DNA of 64,000 nucleotides, from contig CM041465.1 of assembly GCA_023213395.1 (NCBI GenBank), positions 187,557,741 through 187,621,740 on the forward strand, given 5' to 3'. Source of the stretch: Cycas panzhihuaensis (lineage: Eukaryota > Plantae > Cycadophyta). This document shows, piece by piece, positions 61,817-64,000 of this stretch. Each line of letters starts with the position of its first letter. Position 1 is the first letter of the stretch. The notes beneath the pieces were generated by a model, which was not told the origin of the DNA, did not search any database, and worked only from the letters and a program-made list of their open reading frames with translations. Made by a program: the position numbers and the translations under genes.

Positions 61817-64000
61817 TGGACCTCATATGGAATCATGAAAAACCATATAGAGAATTTAAGAGATATGTTATAAACTTGTAGAGAAAACAATATGTACTTA
61901 AATCTAGAGAAGTGTACATTCTTGGTTTCATTCAAAAATCTACTAGGTCACATTGTGAGTAAAGATGACTTAAGGGATCTGGCAAAAGTGTTTGCCTTCT
62001 TGCATTTTCTAGTTCCAGTGACACGAAAATAGTTGAAGGGATTTTTGGGGATGATTGGATACTATAGGAAGTTTATAAAGGGATATGCATATATATCAGG
62101 GCCTTTGGAGGATTTGTTGAGGAAAGATATAGAATGGGAATGGGGAACAGAACAACAAGAAGCATTTGAGTTTGTGAACTAGGCAATAGCGTCTGCACCT
62201 ATTCTACAATTTCTTGATTGGAATAAGATCTTTCATATGCATGTGGGCGTTTCACAATATGCCATTGAGTGCATAATAGCACAATCAAGAGAGAGTAATA
62301 ATGATCATCCCATATATTTTGCCCACAAACATTTGACAAGAGATGAACAAAACTATACAACAGTAGAGAGAGAAGGCCTAGGGATGGTATATGTTTTGCA
62401 AAAGTTTCTACATTATCAGTGGTTGAATTTGTCTATTTTTTATATGGATCACTAAGTACTCATGTATCTTGTTAATAAACTATTGTTGAGAGGGTGCATT
62501 AGCAAGTGGCAAACGATATTCCAAGAATTTACATTCAAGATCATGGTGAAAACCTAGAAAGGTGCATATCATTCTTGACCAATTATCTAGAATCAAAAAT
62601 GGGAAAAAAGCCACAAGAATAGTAGATAATTTTCCAAATGTATCATTGTACAACATAGAAGTGGTACCAACTAAATGGTATAAGGGGATTCTAGAATATC
62701 TAGCAATAGGGGAGTTGTGACCAGAATTGGATAAAGTAAAGAGAAGACACTTGGTCCAAAGGGTTGGACCTTATTAGCTTATCCAAGGCAAATTATATCA
62801 CTTAGGACTGGATGATGTGCTATGCCATTATGTTAAGCCACATGAGATGGAGTAAATAATTGCCCAAGCCCATGACAAAATGGCAGAAGGACATATGGGT
62901 AAAGAAACAATATGGAGAAAAGTGTTGATTGTTAGATTTTGGTGGCCAACGATGTTTGAGAACATAAAGAAATGGATCAGAAAAATGCAACTTCTACTAG
63001 AGAACAGGGAAACCAAGTTGCCAAGGCTTTCGACCATTAAATCCATATTGCCATTTGAGAAGTGGGGTCTTGATTTTGTTTGGCCTATTTGACTTGCAGC
63101 TTAATGACCTCAAGCCAAATATATACTGGTGGCCACAGATTACATGACCAAATGGGTGGAAGCGACACCACTAAGAAAGGCAAACATGAACAACACGACA
63201 AGATTCTTATACACAGTAATTATAACACGATCTAGTTGCCCCTTGGAGATAGTGAGTGACCAAGGATTACATTTCTTGAATCAAGTAATGGAAGAGCTAA
63301 CAATGAAATTCTTGATTAGTCACCACATATGCACACCTTACTACCTTAAAGCTAATGGACAAGCAAAAAGTTCAAATAAGATTATCGAGAATTGATTATG
63401 GAAGATCTATGATGTGGGAAGATCTGACTAGGAAAAAAAACTACCATCAATGTACGGACCTTTTCTATGACTTATAAAAGAGCGATGGGCTAGATACCAT
63501 TCTAGTTAGTCTATGGAATGGAAACAATTATTTTGATTGAGTTTGAGATCCTAAGTCTTCGAGTGGCTATGACTTGTTGACTCAACATTATAGATTCATT
63601 ATGGGAACAACTACAACAACTATTGTAATTAGAGAAAACTCAGTACAAAGCAAGATGGTTATAAAATATTGAGAAAATACAACAAAAAACTTAGAACGAC
63701 TGCCACCTAAAAGCACCCCAGTTTGAGGAAGGAGACTAGGTGGTGTAGTACAATAGCAAATTTTGTATACATCCTGGTAAATTGAAAGTGAGGTGGCTTG
63801 GACCATATATTGTGGACAAGATTTTCACCAATGATTCAGTCCAATTATGAGAGATCGATGGATTGCAATTGCAGACAATGGTAAATCGCAGTTAGTTGAA
63901 ACCCTACCATATATAGGGAGGAAAATCTACTAGGGGAATTGACTGGTTGTATCATAATGTGTTGCTCGAGTTGGAGGCAATGGAGGTTGTCTTGGTACTA

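Larger units (their letters stand above)
35922..64000 (+). mobile_element. Ty3/Gypsy non-chromovirus element G (Athila/Phygy/Selgy-like, no extra aRH seen), degenerate, host of four nested elements; 3' end beyond the window
   Basis: Putative LTR about 35922-36689, PBS-like TGGTTTCATTGC, gag from 36831, PR (VIVDGG) near 39195. RT in pieces at 51512-51625, 56932-57213 and from 61822. RH at 62237 (NYTTVEREGL), INT (PFEKWGLDF, TDYMTKWVEA) and GPY motif near 63800. Linking the gag/PR part to the RT part is inference. Confidence 0.75.

Overview
Eukaryotic plant genomic DNA, most like a large-genome seed plant such as a gymnosperm (inference from giant TE-filled introns and heavy C>T decay). The only host gene is a cluster of seven internal coding exons (26006-28646, + strand) of the peroxisomal fatty-acid beta-oxidation multifunctional protein MFP2, covering the enoyl-CoA hydratase domain. 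Its first exon and its downstream exons are not visible, so the flanking introns appear to be >25 kb and >35 kb. Both introns are filled with nested retroelements. Left nest (1-25254): an old Copia (B) holds a second Copia (A), which holds an L1 LINE with RNase H, which in turn appears to hold a young non-chromovirus Gypsy; three short non-autonomous LTR elements with target-site duplications (TSDs) are also inserted. Right nest (about 35922 to beyond 64000): a non-chromovirus Gypsy is interrupted by a Reina-like chromovirus and three Copia elements. Between the nests lie a hAT remnant, an old non-coding LTR element and tandem repeats. The most interesting observation is a leader module of about 450 bp, built around an imperfect ATAAC...GTTAT inverted repeat. 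It is shared by a Copia-derived and a Gypsy-derived non-autonomous element with unrelated LTRs, and partly by a third element. All alignments and counts were done by eye; boundaries without TSD support are approximate.
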